Part shown: positions 1-8,909 of the stretch, piece after piece | Layout of the letters: each line of letters opens with the position of its first letter | Numbering within the stretch: the first letter of the stretch is position 1 | DNA from: Minisyncoccota bacterium | GTDB lineage: Bacteria; Patescibacteriota; Minisyncoccia; Phycocordibacterales; UBA2100 | NCBI GenBank assembly: GCA_965267345.1 | Contig: OZ253947.1 | Span: 266,814 to 330,813 of the forward strand | DNA length: 64,000 bases | Direction: 5' to 3' | Translations under genes and position numbers: made by a program | The notes under the pieces: generated by a model | Databases searched by the model: none | Told to the model about the DNA's origin: nothing | The model's input: only the letters and a program-made list of their open reading frames with translations

Positions 1-2
1 CA

Positions 3-305
3 GAAGAGCTGCCGACATCGCCACATACAGGCACGGTACCTGCTGCTACACTAACGCCAACGCCTGACGTGGAGCACGAAGCGCGCCCGGCAGCACCTGT
101 AGCAACTGAAGAGGAGAGTGAGTCACCACTGCGTCGTTTTATCGCTGCACAACCAACTGGAACTGAGGAAACAGCGGAAGGTGCGACTGAGGAGACAGCA
201 ACTCATGAAGCGGCCGCAGTACCGCAAGATACGCCGCAGCCGGAAGCACCACGCGTCGCATCTGACGACGATGATCTGTACTCAGTGCGCAACTTTAGTG
301 TGTAG
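3..305 (+). CDS. Partial CDS (5' truncated): C-terminal low-complexity, acidic Pro/Thr/Glu-rich region of an unknown protein
   Basis: Frame is open from position 3 (EELPTSPHTGTVPAATLTPTPDVEH...) to TAG at 305; the stop overlaps the convergent rel gene. Confidence 0.6.
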   Translation, partial: EELPTSPHTGTVPAATLTPTPDVEHEARPAAPVATEEESESPLRRFIAAQPTGTEETAEGATEETATHEAAAVPQDTPQPEAPRVASDDDDLYSVRNFSV

Positions 306-1887
306 CTTCACCGCTCTGAAGGATTGAGCGAATTTGCCGCCGCGCGAGCGTCGTCTTTACCATATCGAGCCACTTACGCGTTGGCTTCGCATTTTTATTC
401 GTATCAATTTCGACGATGTCGCCGTTTTGCAGGTGTGTATCGAGTGAGGCCATTTTACCGTTTACCTTTGCGCTCGCCATATGGTTACCAATGTCCGAGT
501 GAATTGCGTAGGCAAAATCAATCGGACTCGATTCAATTGGCAGGTCGATGACGTCACCGTCGGGAGTGAATACAAAGATACGATGGCTGAAAAAGTCTGC
601 CTTCATTTCTTGGAGGAATTCGTCAGGGGACTCGTCTTCAGTTTCCTTGGTGTGTGCCATGTGTTTAATCCACTCAGGCGCTTCGTTGCCGGTGTACGTA
701 CGTGGCGCTTTTGGCTTTTCATCTTCGCTGCGCGTTTCAAACCACAGTCGTGCGGGGATAAACTGCAGGATCCACTTCATGCCCGAGCCCTGCTTTTTCG
801 ATACCGAAGCGCTGCCGTCTTCTTTATACGTGAGGTGTGAGGCAATACCAAACTGTGCCTCGCGGTGCATCTCTTCGGTGCGAATTTGGATTTCAATAAG
901 GGTTCCGTCACCAATGAGCATCGTTGTGTGAATACTCTGGTAGCCGTTTGGCTTCGGAGAGGCAATGTAGTCTTTCACACGCCCCGGCACCGGTTGCCAC
1001 TCACTCTGTACAATACCAAAGACGGTGTAACAGTCGGACACCGTCGGCACAATGACACGAAGCGCCCAGATGTCACGAATTTTTGCCGTGTCCCAGTTTT
1101 TTCGCTGCAACTTGCGAAACAGGCTGTATTTACCCTTTACGCGAATTTCGGTGCGAAACTTTTCAATACCATACTCGGCAAGTTTTTTACGTACCGACTT
1201 GTGAATGCGGTCGAGACGTCGGGTGTCATCACCACCGAGCTCTTTGAAAATCTTGAGCGTTTTCTCGTACTCTTTTTCATAGGCGACGGGAAAGACCGCG
1301 TCTTCGAGTTCACGCTTCATCAGACCCATACCGAGTCGATCGGCGATGGGTGCATAAATTTCCAGCGTTTCGTGCGCAATGCGCAGGCGTTTATCATCAC
1401 GCGGTATGTGCTGCAGTGTCTTTGCATTGTGCAGTCGGTCGGCGAGCTTAATGATCATGACGCGCACGTCCTGTGACGTAGCAGCCACGAGCTTGCGGAG
1501 TGATTCCGCGTGCCGCTTCACGCCACGGTAGCGAACATGCTCCAGTTTTGTCACACCCGCAATCATCGCGCAGACATCATCACCAAAGTCACGGCGAATG
1601 TCATCGGCAGTCAGGTCGGTGTCTTCGATGGTATCGTGGAGTAATCCGGCAGCAATCATTTCCGGTGCCATGCCAATTTTTGCCAGATACTTTGCGGTCT
1701 CAACACAGTGGTTGAGGTACGGCTCGCCTGAAAACCGTACTTGACCTTCGTGTGCCTGCGCAGCCACGTCGTAGGCGCGCTTGATGAGTTCGCGGTCTTC
1801 CTTTTTATACGTGTCGATGTACGTGAGTATTTCGTCCACGGACTGTGGTTTGGGAAGTGTTTTTTTCTGCTCTCGCGTGCCACTCAT
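295..1887 (-). CDS. rel: RelA/SpoT family (p)ppGpp synthetase/hydrolase (HD-SYN-TGS)
   Basis: HDTIED hydrolase motif, KLADRLHN, RVKDYIASPKPNGYQSIHT, EIQIRT, TGS domain (FVFTPDG...DFAYAIHS). Confidence 0.95.
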   Translation of the reverse strand: MSGTREQKKTLPKPQSVDEILTYIDTYKKEDRELIKRAYDVAAQAHEGQVRFSGEPYLNHCVETAKYLAKIGMAPEMIAAGLLHDTIEDTDLTADDIRRDFGDDVCAMIAGVTKLEHVRYRGVKRHAESLRKLVAATSQDVRVMIIKLADRLHNAKTLQHIPRDDKRLRIAHETLEIYAPIADRLGMGLMKRELEDAVFPVAYEKEYEKTLKIFKELGGDDTRRLDRIHKSVRKKLAEYGIEKFRTEIRVKGKYSLFRKLQRKNWDTAKIRDIWALRVIVPTVSDCYTVFGIVQSEWQPVPGRVKDYIASPKPNGYQSIHTTMLIGDGTLIEIQIRTEEMHREAQFGIASHLTYKEDGSASVSKKQGSGMKWILQFIPARLWFETRSEDEKPKAPRTYTGNEAPEWIKHMAHTKETEDESPDEFLQEMKADFFSHRIFVFTPDGDVIDLPIESSPIDFAYAIHSDIGNHMASAKVNGKMASLDTHLQNGDIVEIDTNKNAKPTRKWLDMVKTTLARRQIRSILQSGEATH

Positions 1888-1955
1888 ATCGTACTCATAG
1901 TACGCCAGAGGATGATTTTCAACAAATATACGGTGTGTCTCAGCTTAACCGAGCT

Positions 1956-4136
1956 TTACTTTAGTTTGTGCGGGTTGTGATTCGGACACGCCTTATCACT
2001 GCATCGTTCTGGAATAGTCTTTGTGCCTTCCATCATGAGCTTGCCGCACTCAGGGCATTTCTTACCCGTCGGACGAGCCTTGATGGCATGCTTACAGTCA
2101 GGATAGTTTGAGCAGCTGAAAAATGGCCCAAAACGACCGTGGCGCTCAATCATTTCACCGTTCTTGCACTCGGTACACTCCACACCTGTGCTGTTGAGCG
2201 AGTCGTCTTGCTTAATGTACTTGCACTTTGGGTACCGATTACATGACACAAACAAACCAAAGCGCCCTTCGCGCTGCACGAGGCGGCCACCGTCGTGCTT
2301 AGCATTCGGCGCAGGATCGCCACACTTGGGACACTTCTCGCCAATATCTTTTGGTGGTTCCATGATACTTCCGTCTTCTTTACGGGCACCCTGACAGTCG
2401 GGGAACTTGGCGCAGCTCATAAATACACCGGTGCGCGCAAGTTTATACACCATGGCGCCACCACATTCAGGGCATGTGTACTTTTTAGGCACTGCGCCAA
2501 GGTTAGTAAGCTTAGGAATGTCCTCTTTACTTGCAACATCTTTAACAAATGGCGTATAGAAGTCTTTGAGCGTCTTTACGTACTTGCGCTTGCCGTCAGC
2601 GATGTCGTCGAGTTTGTCTTCCATGTCAGCAGTGAAGGTATCGCTGATGTAGTCAGTAAAGTGCTCTTCAAGGAAGGTGCTCACCACATCGCCCGTCACG
2701 GTCGGGATGAGCGTACGGCCGTCTTTTTCGACGTATCCGCGGTCGGCGAGCGTGCGCATAATGGTCGCGTAGGTACTCGGGCGCCCGATACCGCGTTTTT
2801 CAAGCTCCTTAATCAAACGCGCCTCGGTGTAGCGTGGCGGCGGTTGCGTTTCCTTGCCCTCAGCGTCAACGCTGTCAACGATGAGTGTGTCGCCTTCATG
2901 TACCTTCGGCAATTCAATGTCTTCACCACGTGCTGCCGGATCAGCTTTGAGCCAGCCTTCGGCAACAACGCGTGAGCCAGTTACTGAAAACTCCGGTACG
3001 TTCGCATCATCAATCTCCGCAATGATTTTGGTGCGGGCAATGTCAGCATCAACCATTTGGCTGGAGACCGCACGTGCCCAAATAAGACGATAGAGCCGCT
3101 TCTGCTCTTCGGTGCGGCCGGCACTCATTTTTTTGAGTGATGTCGGACGGATGGCCTCGTGTGCCTCCTGTGCCGATTTGCTCTTCGTGGCATACGTGCG
3201 CATGCGCAGGTGATCCTTTCCGTACTCGCGTTCGATCACTCCGGCGATTTGCCCGAGTGCATTTTTCGACAAATTGGTGCTGTCGGTACGCATATAGGTA
3301 ATGAGTCCCGCTTCGTACAACTTCTGTGCAATGCCCATTGTGCGTGATGGCGAGAAGCCGAGTCGGGAACTGGCGACCTGCTGCATTGTCGACGTCGTGA
3401 ATGGCGGGCGCGGCGAGCGCTTCACGAGCGTTTCTTTGATCGTAGCCACGCGCCACTGTGCGCTTTGTGCAGCTGCCACGACCGTGTCTGCCTGCTTTTG
3501 TGTTTTTGGCTCTTCGCTACAGGTGAGGCCAACCGTGGTGTGTGCGTCGGTATGTGTTTGTGCCGTAATAACCCAAAATGCCTCAGGCGTGAATGCACGA
3601 ATCTCCCGCTCCCGCTCCATGAGAATGCGCAATGCAGGCGACTGTACGCGTCCGGCCGAGAGGCCGTAGCGCACTTTCTTCCAAATGAGTCCTGAGAGAT
3701 CGTAGCCAACGAGTCGGTCAAGTACGCGGCGCGCTTCCTGTGCCTCGCGCAGCTGGTCATCAATTGTGCGTGGGTGCTTCAGCGCTTCCTGTACGGCTTC
3801 TTCAGTAATCTCGTGAAAGACGATACGCTTTGGCTTTTTGAGCCCCAGCACTTCTTTGAGGTGCCACGCAATTGCTTCACCTTCGCGGTCGGGGTCAGTT
3901 GCGAGAATCACTTCGTCAGCTTTTTTTGCCAGCGCGGTAAGGTCGGCAATGGTGTCATGCTTTCGTGCCACGGGCTCGTAGTGCGGCACGAATCCGCCTT
4001 CGATGTCGATAGCCTTTTTATTGTTTTTGGGCAAGTCGCGCACATGACCCACACTGGCACGCACGGTAAAACCTTTCCCGAGATATTTCTCGATTGTTTT
4101 GGCTTTTGCGGGCGACTCGACGATAACTAATTTCAT
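1956..4136 (-). CDS. topA: DNA topoisomerase I (type IA) with C-terminal zinc ribbons
   Basis: LVIVESPAKAKTI Toprim start, ATDPDREGEAI, SAGRVQS, ITYMRTDS catalytic Tyr, repeated CxxC/FxxCxxYPxC. Confidence 0.97.
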   Translation of the reverse strand: MKLVIVESPAKAKTIEKYLGKGFTVRASVGHVRDLPKNNKKAIDIEGGFVPHYEPVARKHDTIADLTALAKKADEVILATDPDREGEAIAWHLKEVLGLKKPKRIVFHEITEEAVQEALKHPRTIDDQLREAQEARRVLDRLVGYDLSGLIWKKVRYGLSAGRVQSPALRILMEREREIRAFTPEAFWVITAQTHTDAHTTVGLTCSEEPKTQKQADTVVAAAQSAQWRVATIKETLVKRSPRPPFTTSTMQQVASSRLGFSPSRTMGIAQKLYEAGLITYMRTDSTNLSKNALGQIAGVIEREYGKDHLRMRTYATKSKSAQEAHEAIRPTSLKKMSAGRTEEQKRLYRLIWARAVSSQMVDADIARTKIIAEIDDANVPEFSVTGSRVVAEGWLKADPAARGEDIELPKVHEGDTLIVDSVDAEGKETQPPPRYTEARLIKELEKRGIGRPSTYATIMRTLADRGYVEKDGRTLIPTVTGDVVSTFLEEHFTDYISDTFTADMEDKLDDIADGKRKYVKTLKDFYTPFVKDVASKEDIPKLTNLGAVPKKYTCPECGGAMVYKLARTGVFMSCAKFPDCQGARKEDGSIMEPPKDIGEKCPKCGDPAPNAKHDGGRLVQREGRFGLFVSCNRYPKCKYIKQDDSLNSTGVECTECKNGEMIERHGRFGPFFSCSNYPDCKHAIKARPTGKKCPECGKLMMEGTKTIPERCSDKACPNHNPHKLK

Positions 4137-4205
4137 AGTATGCTCGTCTTGATACTACAGGTAGGAGGGGTAATGCAACTATTATGCCGCTGTGTATAAG
4201 AATAC

Positions 4206-4228
4206 GCGCCCGAGTTTCCTCGGGCGCG
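4206..4228. terminator. GC-rich hairpin between the GcrA gene and topA
   Basis: GCGCCCGAG-TTTC-CTCGGGCGC inverted repeat just downstream of the GcrA stop. Confidence 0.5.
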
Positions 4229-4253
4229 CACCAAAAGAGCAGCACACTCGCAG

Positions 4254-4787
4254 CTAAAAGGGAATTGAATCACCATCGCGCTGTGCCACATGCGACAGAC
4301 TCTTTCCGTCGGTGCGTACTGACTTACGCATATGGGCGCGGCAGTATGGGCTGCCCTCATGGGTCGGTTGGCAGCAAAAGTGGAAATTGGAATTTCCCAC
4401 GTCGCCGATTGGCCACCTGCACCTTTCTGCAGTGAGGCACAGAGTCGCACTGCCTGCTTTTGACGGAAGCGCGATGTATTGGGTCTCATCAACATCAACA
4501 TCGACAGTAGGATGTGCATCATCCGCTTCCGATATGGCCACCCTGGATTCAGATTTTGGCTTGGTCACCGCAGAACGCTTTGCCGTCTTTGGCGCCGCCG
4601 GGCGAGTCTTTCGACTTTTCCCGTTTGAGCGCGTGCGAGCGCCCGACAGACCAAGTCGGTAAATCTTTCCGGCGACTGTTGACCGAGTGATGTCACCACC
4701 GAGTTTTGCGGCGATCTGCCCATTGCTGAGATTCTTCGCCACCAATTCCTTGAGTAACGCTACTCTCTCTTCGGTCCACCTACTCAT
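4254..4787 (-). CDS. gcrA: GcrA-family cell-cycle regulator
   Basis: N-terminal WTEERVALLKEL...SNGQIAAKLGGDITRSTVAGKIYRLGL and C-terminal LTAERCRWPIGD...FHFC...GSPYCRAH, both characteristic of GcrA; AGGAGG SD upstream. Confidence 0.88.
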   Translation of the reverse strand: MSRWTEERVALLKELVAKNLSNGQIAAKLGGDITRSTVAGKIYRLGLSGARTRSNGKSRKTRPAAPKTAKRSAVTKPKSESRVAISEADDAHPTVDVDVDETQYIALPSKAGSATLCLTAERCRWPIGDVGNSNFHFCCQPTHEGSPYCRAHMRKSVRTDGKSLSHVAQRDGDSIPF

Positions 4788-4859
4788 AGCGATTCCTCCT
4801 TCGCGTGAGTGTATGATCCGCTGTCATCCTACGCCGCAGCGCTTGTATGCGCAATACGC

Positions 4860-5726
4860 TTAGCGTTCATTTCGATGAAGTGCGCTCATGCGTTCACTAA
4901 TGTGTCCGTCGAGTTCCATTTTTGAAAGAAGTACCTGTATGTGATCGGTCGAAAAGGGCGCTGCGGCAATGAGCTCGTCACGTGTGCGTGGCGCGGCAAG
5001 TAAATCCCAGAGCACCTGCTCATCGTCAGTGAGTGTGGCTGCCATCTCGGATACCCGAGATGGTCGCTCAAGGCTCAGTGCAGCGAGAATATCGTCAGCA
5101 GATGTAACGGGTGCAGCGCCCAAACGCAAAAACTGATGCGGCCCACGGCCTGTCTCGGCAAAGATCGAATGGGGCACGCAGAGCACATCGCGATCGTAGT
5201 CACCGGCCAGTCGTGCCGTAATGAGTGTGCCCGATTTTTCCTTTGCTTCAATAACGAGCACGGCTTCACTCATCCCTGCCATGAGGCGATTGCGTTTGGG
5301 AAATGTCCACGGAGCTGCTTGTTGTCTCGGTTCGTATTCGCTCACCAGAGCACCGCCGTGCTCAACAATACGCCGTGCGAGTGAAGCATGTGATGCAGGA
5401 TAGAGCACCGACGGATCGAGTCCCGAGCCGGGAATGGCGACGGTGGGGAGTTTGGCACGCAGTGCTGCTGCATGTGCCCGCCCGTCAATACCCAGTGCGA
5501 GTCCGGAGACAATGCAGACGGGTGTACCGGCGAGACCTTCAATAAGATGATCAACAACCGCTTTCCCGTATTGTGTCGCGGCGCGACTTCCCACGACAGC
5601 GAGGTAGCGATACGTCTGTGGATCGGGAAGCGTGCCGCAGTGATAGAGCTGCGCGGGCGGATCATGTATTTCCTGCAGCAGTGGCGGGAAATCCTTGCGC
5701 GCAAGTTGTTCAATGCGCATCGTCAT
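4860..5726 (-). CDS. dprA: DNA-protecting protein DprA (Smf)
   Basis: LAVVGSR, VSGLALGIDGRAH, FPKRNRLMAG, VIEAKEKSGTLITA, C-terminal winged helix. Confidence 0.96.
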   Translation of the reverse strand: MTMRIEQLARKDFPPLLQEIHDPPAQLYHCGTLPDPQTYRYLAVVGSRAATQYGKAVVDHLIEGLAGTPVCIVSGLALGIDGRAHAAALRAKLPTVAIPGSGLDPSVLYPASHASLARRIVEHGGALVSEYEPRQQAAPWTFPKRNRLMAGMSEAVLVIEAKEKSGTLITARLAGDYDRDVLCVPHSIFAETGRGPHQFLRLGAAPVTSADDILAALSLERPSRVSEMAATLTDDEQVLWDLLAAPRTRDELIAAAPFSTDHIQVLLSKMELDGHISERMSALHRNER

Positions 5727-5753
5727 AGTACGATTCCATCATACCAGAGACCT

Positions 5754-7019
5754 ATGCTCGATATTAAATTCATCCGCGAAAATAAAGATCTCGTCACTGC
5801 CGGCGCAAAAAAGAAGCACATCGACGTCGATATTGAGCGTCTGTTGACACTCGACGATCAACGCAAAGAACTCCTCAGTGCCGTTGAAGAGAAGCGCTCG
5901 GCACAAAATACGATGAGCAAGCGTATCGCCACGATGGCAGCTGAGGAGCGGGGGGACGTCATTGCGCAGATGCAGGAACTCAAAGCAGAGCTCCAGACAC
6001 AGGAAGACGCGCTCCGTGACGTTATGCACGAGTGGCGTGCCATTATGCTGCAGGTGCCAAACATTCCCGACATGTCGGTTCCCGACGGTGACGACGATGC
6101 CGATAATCAGGAGGTGAAAGCATGGGGCGAGAAGACACAGTTTTCATTTGAGCCGAAGAGCCACATCGACATTATGCGCGAGCTCGATATGGCCGACTTT
6201 GAACGCGGCACGAAAGTGTCGGGGTTTCGTGGCTACTTCCTCAAAAATGACGGTGCACTTCTGTCGTACGCTATCTGGCGCTATGCACAAGACTTTTACT
6301 TAAAAAAGGAATTTACGCCGATGATCGTGCCGTCGCTGGTACGTCGCGAGAGCTTCATTGGTACGGGCTACCTGCCGCAGAGTGAAGAGGATTTGTATAA
6401 AACGCAGGACGACGAGTATCTCTCAGGCACTGCCGAAGTTGCCACCATGGGCTACTTTATGGACGAGACGCTCTCAATTGATCAACTGCCACAAAAGTTT
6501 CTCTCATTTTCACCGTGTTTTCGACGCGAGGCGGGGAGTCACGGGAAAGATGTCAAAGGACTCATTCGTGTGCACGAATTCTACAAGTGGGAGCAGATTA
6601 TTCTGTGTCAGGCGAGTCACGAGGAGTCAGTGCAGTGGCACGAGTGGCTGAATCGTAACACCGAAGAGTTTATTGAATCACTCGAGATTCCGTACCACAC
6701 CGTGGTGAACTGCGGTGGTGATCTCGGACTGGGACAGGTGAAAAAGTATGACATTGAATTGTGGGTGCCGGGAGAGCAGACGTATCGGGAAATTGGTTCT
6801 GCGTCGTACTTCCACGATTTCCAGACACGACGCCTTAACATTCGCTACCGCGATGCAGACGGTAAAACCCGCTTTGCGCACTCACTCAATAACACGGCAA
6901 TTCCGACACCGCGCATTCTCGTGTCACTCGTTGAAAACTACCAACAGGAAGACGGCTCGGTTGTGATTCCTGAAGTACTGCGCCCGTACATGGGGAAAGA
7001 TCGCATTACCAAACAGTAG
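5754..7019 (+). CDS. serS: Serine--tRNA ligase
   Basis: MLDIKFIREN start (ATG 5754), FRREAGSHG motif 2, HSLNNTAIPTPR motif 3. Confidence 0.97.
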   Translation: MLDIKFIRENKDLVTAGAKKKHIDVDIERLLTLDDQRKELLSAVEEKRSAQNTMSKRIATMAAEERGDVIAQMQELKAELQTQEDALRDVMHEWRAIMLQVPNIPDMSVPDGDDDADNQEVKAWGEKTQFSFEPKSHIDIMRELDMADFERGTKVSGFRGYFLKNDGALLSYAIWRYAQDFYLKKEFTPMIVPSLVRRESFIGTGYLPQSEEDLYKTQDDEYLSGTAEVATMGYFMDETLSIDQLPQKFLSFSPCFRREAGSHGKDVKGLIRVHEFYKWEQIILCQASHEESVQWHEWLNRNTEEFIESLEIPYHTVVNCGGDLGLGQVKKYDIELWVPGEQTYREIGSASYFHDFQTRRLNIRYRDADGKTRFAHSLNNTAIPTPRILVSLVENYQQEDGSVVIPEVLRPYMGKDRITKQ

Positions 7020-7023
7020 CGCT

Positions 7024-7893
7024 ATGTGGAAGAGTACACACAGCAAACTCACTCGGGCACGGGCACAGCGTGCGCGGCGTAGCGCTGACGCGCGGGCGAC
7101 GCTTGCCGACTCAAAGGTTCGTGAGCGCCGCAAAATGATTCGCCGCATCAAAAGTGCATTTGTATTGGTTCTTGCCACACTTATGGTTGCCGGCCTGAGC
7201 TGGGTGTCGTACCTCGATACGTTTGGAGTACGCGATATTGTCGTTGACGGCACGGTAGAACTACGCGATGGTGCCATTCAGGCAGAGATGATGCAGGCAA
7301 CTGCAGCGGCATCGTTGGGTCTATTTTCAAAACAGAATGTACTGCTCTATCCGCAAAAGAAACTCGAGGCGCAGCTGCAGTATGAATTTCCACGGATTGA
7401 GCATGTCGAGATTACGACCGAACCGACGCAGCAGCAGGTGCACGTCACCATTGCCGAGCGCGAACCGTATGCAACGTGGTGTCGCGGGCGGGATGCGGCG
7501 CGTGAGTGTTATCGCATTGACCGACGCGGATTTGTCTTTGAACGCATCGCGCGTCCCGATTCGTCAGCACTCATCTTTGACGGCGGCAGCACAGCCGATG
7601 TGGTACTGCGCACACGCATCGCTCCTGAGTACTTTGTGAGCCTCGTAAACTTTATTGACGACATCACCGCACGTGACTTGCAGGTGCGGGCGGTGCACAT
7701 TCGTGGCACCGATGCGACGCTAACGCTTGCGCCGAGCTGGGATTTGAAAGTGGCGCTTGATAAAAATCTCGGTGCCACGGCATTTAATCTTGACGCAGTG
7801 CTCACCGAGCACGGCCTCGCGTCACGCATTGACGAACTCTCGTACGTCGACATGCGCTTTGATGAGCGTGTGTACTACAAACTGAAAGAGTAG
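7024..7893 (+). CDS. FtsQ/DivIB-like cell division protein
   Basis: Basic N-terminus, one TM helix, POTRA-like region, IAEREPYATW, C-terminal YVDMRFDERVY. Confidence 0.75.
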   Translation: MWKSTHSKLTRARAQRARRSADARATLADSKVRERRKMIRRIKSAFVLVLATLMVAGLSWVSYLDTFGVRDIVVDGTVELRDGAIQAEMMQATAAASLGLFSKQNVLLYPQKKLEAQLQYEFPRIEHVEITTEPTQQQVHVTIAEREPYATWCRGRDAARECYRIDRRGFVFERIARPDSSALIFDGGSTADVVLRTRIAPEYFVSLVNFIDDITARDLQVRAVHIRGTDATLTLAPSWDLKVALDKNLGATAFNLDAVLTEHGLASRIDELSYVDMRFDERVYYKLKE

Positions 7894-7894
7894 T

Positions 7895-8884
7895 ATGCCA
7901 AAAGGATTCTGGGAACATATGCCGGCACCCATACTGTGTTTGGCGCCGATGGACGATGTGACGGACGTAGCATTTCGCACCATTATTGCCCGCTACAGCA
8001 AACCGCACACGCCTCACTACGTTACGTGGAGTGAGTTTACATCGGCGGACGGACTCGTGCTCGCCGATGCACGTGGGCAGGAGAAGCTCCGTGCCAAACT
8101 TCGCTACAGCAGCATTGAGCGACCTGTTGTGGCACAAATTTTTAGTGCAGTGCCCGAACATATGGAACGTGCTGCAGCACTCTGCGCCGAGCTGGGTTTT
8201 GACGGCATCGATATCAACATGGGCTGCCCTGACCGCTCAGTTGAAAAGCAGGGCGCCGGCGCGGCACTGATTAAAAATCCGGCACTCGCCACTGAGCTCA
8301 TTGCTGCCACACAGCAGGGTGCGGGCGACGTGCCCGTATCGGTGAAAACGCGCATCGGCTACGCGAGAGATGAGCTTGATACGTGGGTTGGTGCGTTGCT
8401 GCGTGCGGATATTGCCGCACTCTCGATTCATGCGCGTACACGCAATGAACTCTCAAAAGTGCCTGCGCAGTGGGATGCGATTAAGCGCGCAGTTGTACTT
8501 TGTGATGAAATGGGCGTGGCAACGCGCATCATTGGAAACGGTGACGTTACCACTGTGACTGAGGCGCGCGAAAATGTGCGTACCTACGGGTGTGACGGCG
8601 TTATGATCGGGCGTGGCATGTTTGGAAATCCGTGGGTGATGAGTAACTACACACCAACCCTTGCGGAAAAGCTGCAGGCACTCGTTGAGCACACGGAATT
8701 GTTCGAGGCCGAATTTTCTGACATCAAAAGTTTTGCAGTGATGCGAAAGCATTTTGCCAGCTACGTTGAAGGTTTCGCGGGTGCAAAAGAGCTGCGCACC
8801 ACACTCATGAGCTGCGATTCGGCACGCGACGTTGCCGATACCATTGAGGTTTTTCTGGTACAAAATGCACCACGCGAGGTGTAG
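7895..8884 (+). CDS. tRNA-dihydrouridine synthase (Dus family)
   Basis: LAPMDDVTD, IDINMGCP, SVKTRIG, IHARTR, IGNGDV, GVMIGRG. Confidence 0.95.
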   Translation: MPKGFWEHMPAPILCLAPMDDVTDVAFRTIIARYSKPHTPHYVTWSEFTSADGLVLADARGQEKLRAKLRYSSIERPVVAQIFSAVPEHMERAAALCAELGFDGIDINMGCPDRSVEKQGAGAALIKNPALATELIAATQQGAGDVPVSVKTRIGYARDELDTWVGALLRADIAALSIHARTRNELSKVPAQWDAIKRAVVLCDEMGVATRIIGNGDVTTVTEARENVRTYGCDGVMIGRGMFGNPWVMSNYTPTLAEKLQALVEHTELFEAEFSDIKSFAVMRKHFASYVEGFAGAKELRTTLMSCDSARDVADTIEVFLVQNAPREV

Positions 8885-8909
8885 TGCTTTTTGGTATACT
8901 GTTTTTTAC

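Noticed and set aside
5472-5753. N-terminal extension of serS in the track
   Set aside because: Overlaps dprA on the opposite strand; the canonical MLDIKFIR start is at 5754
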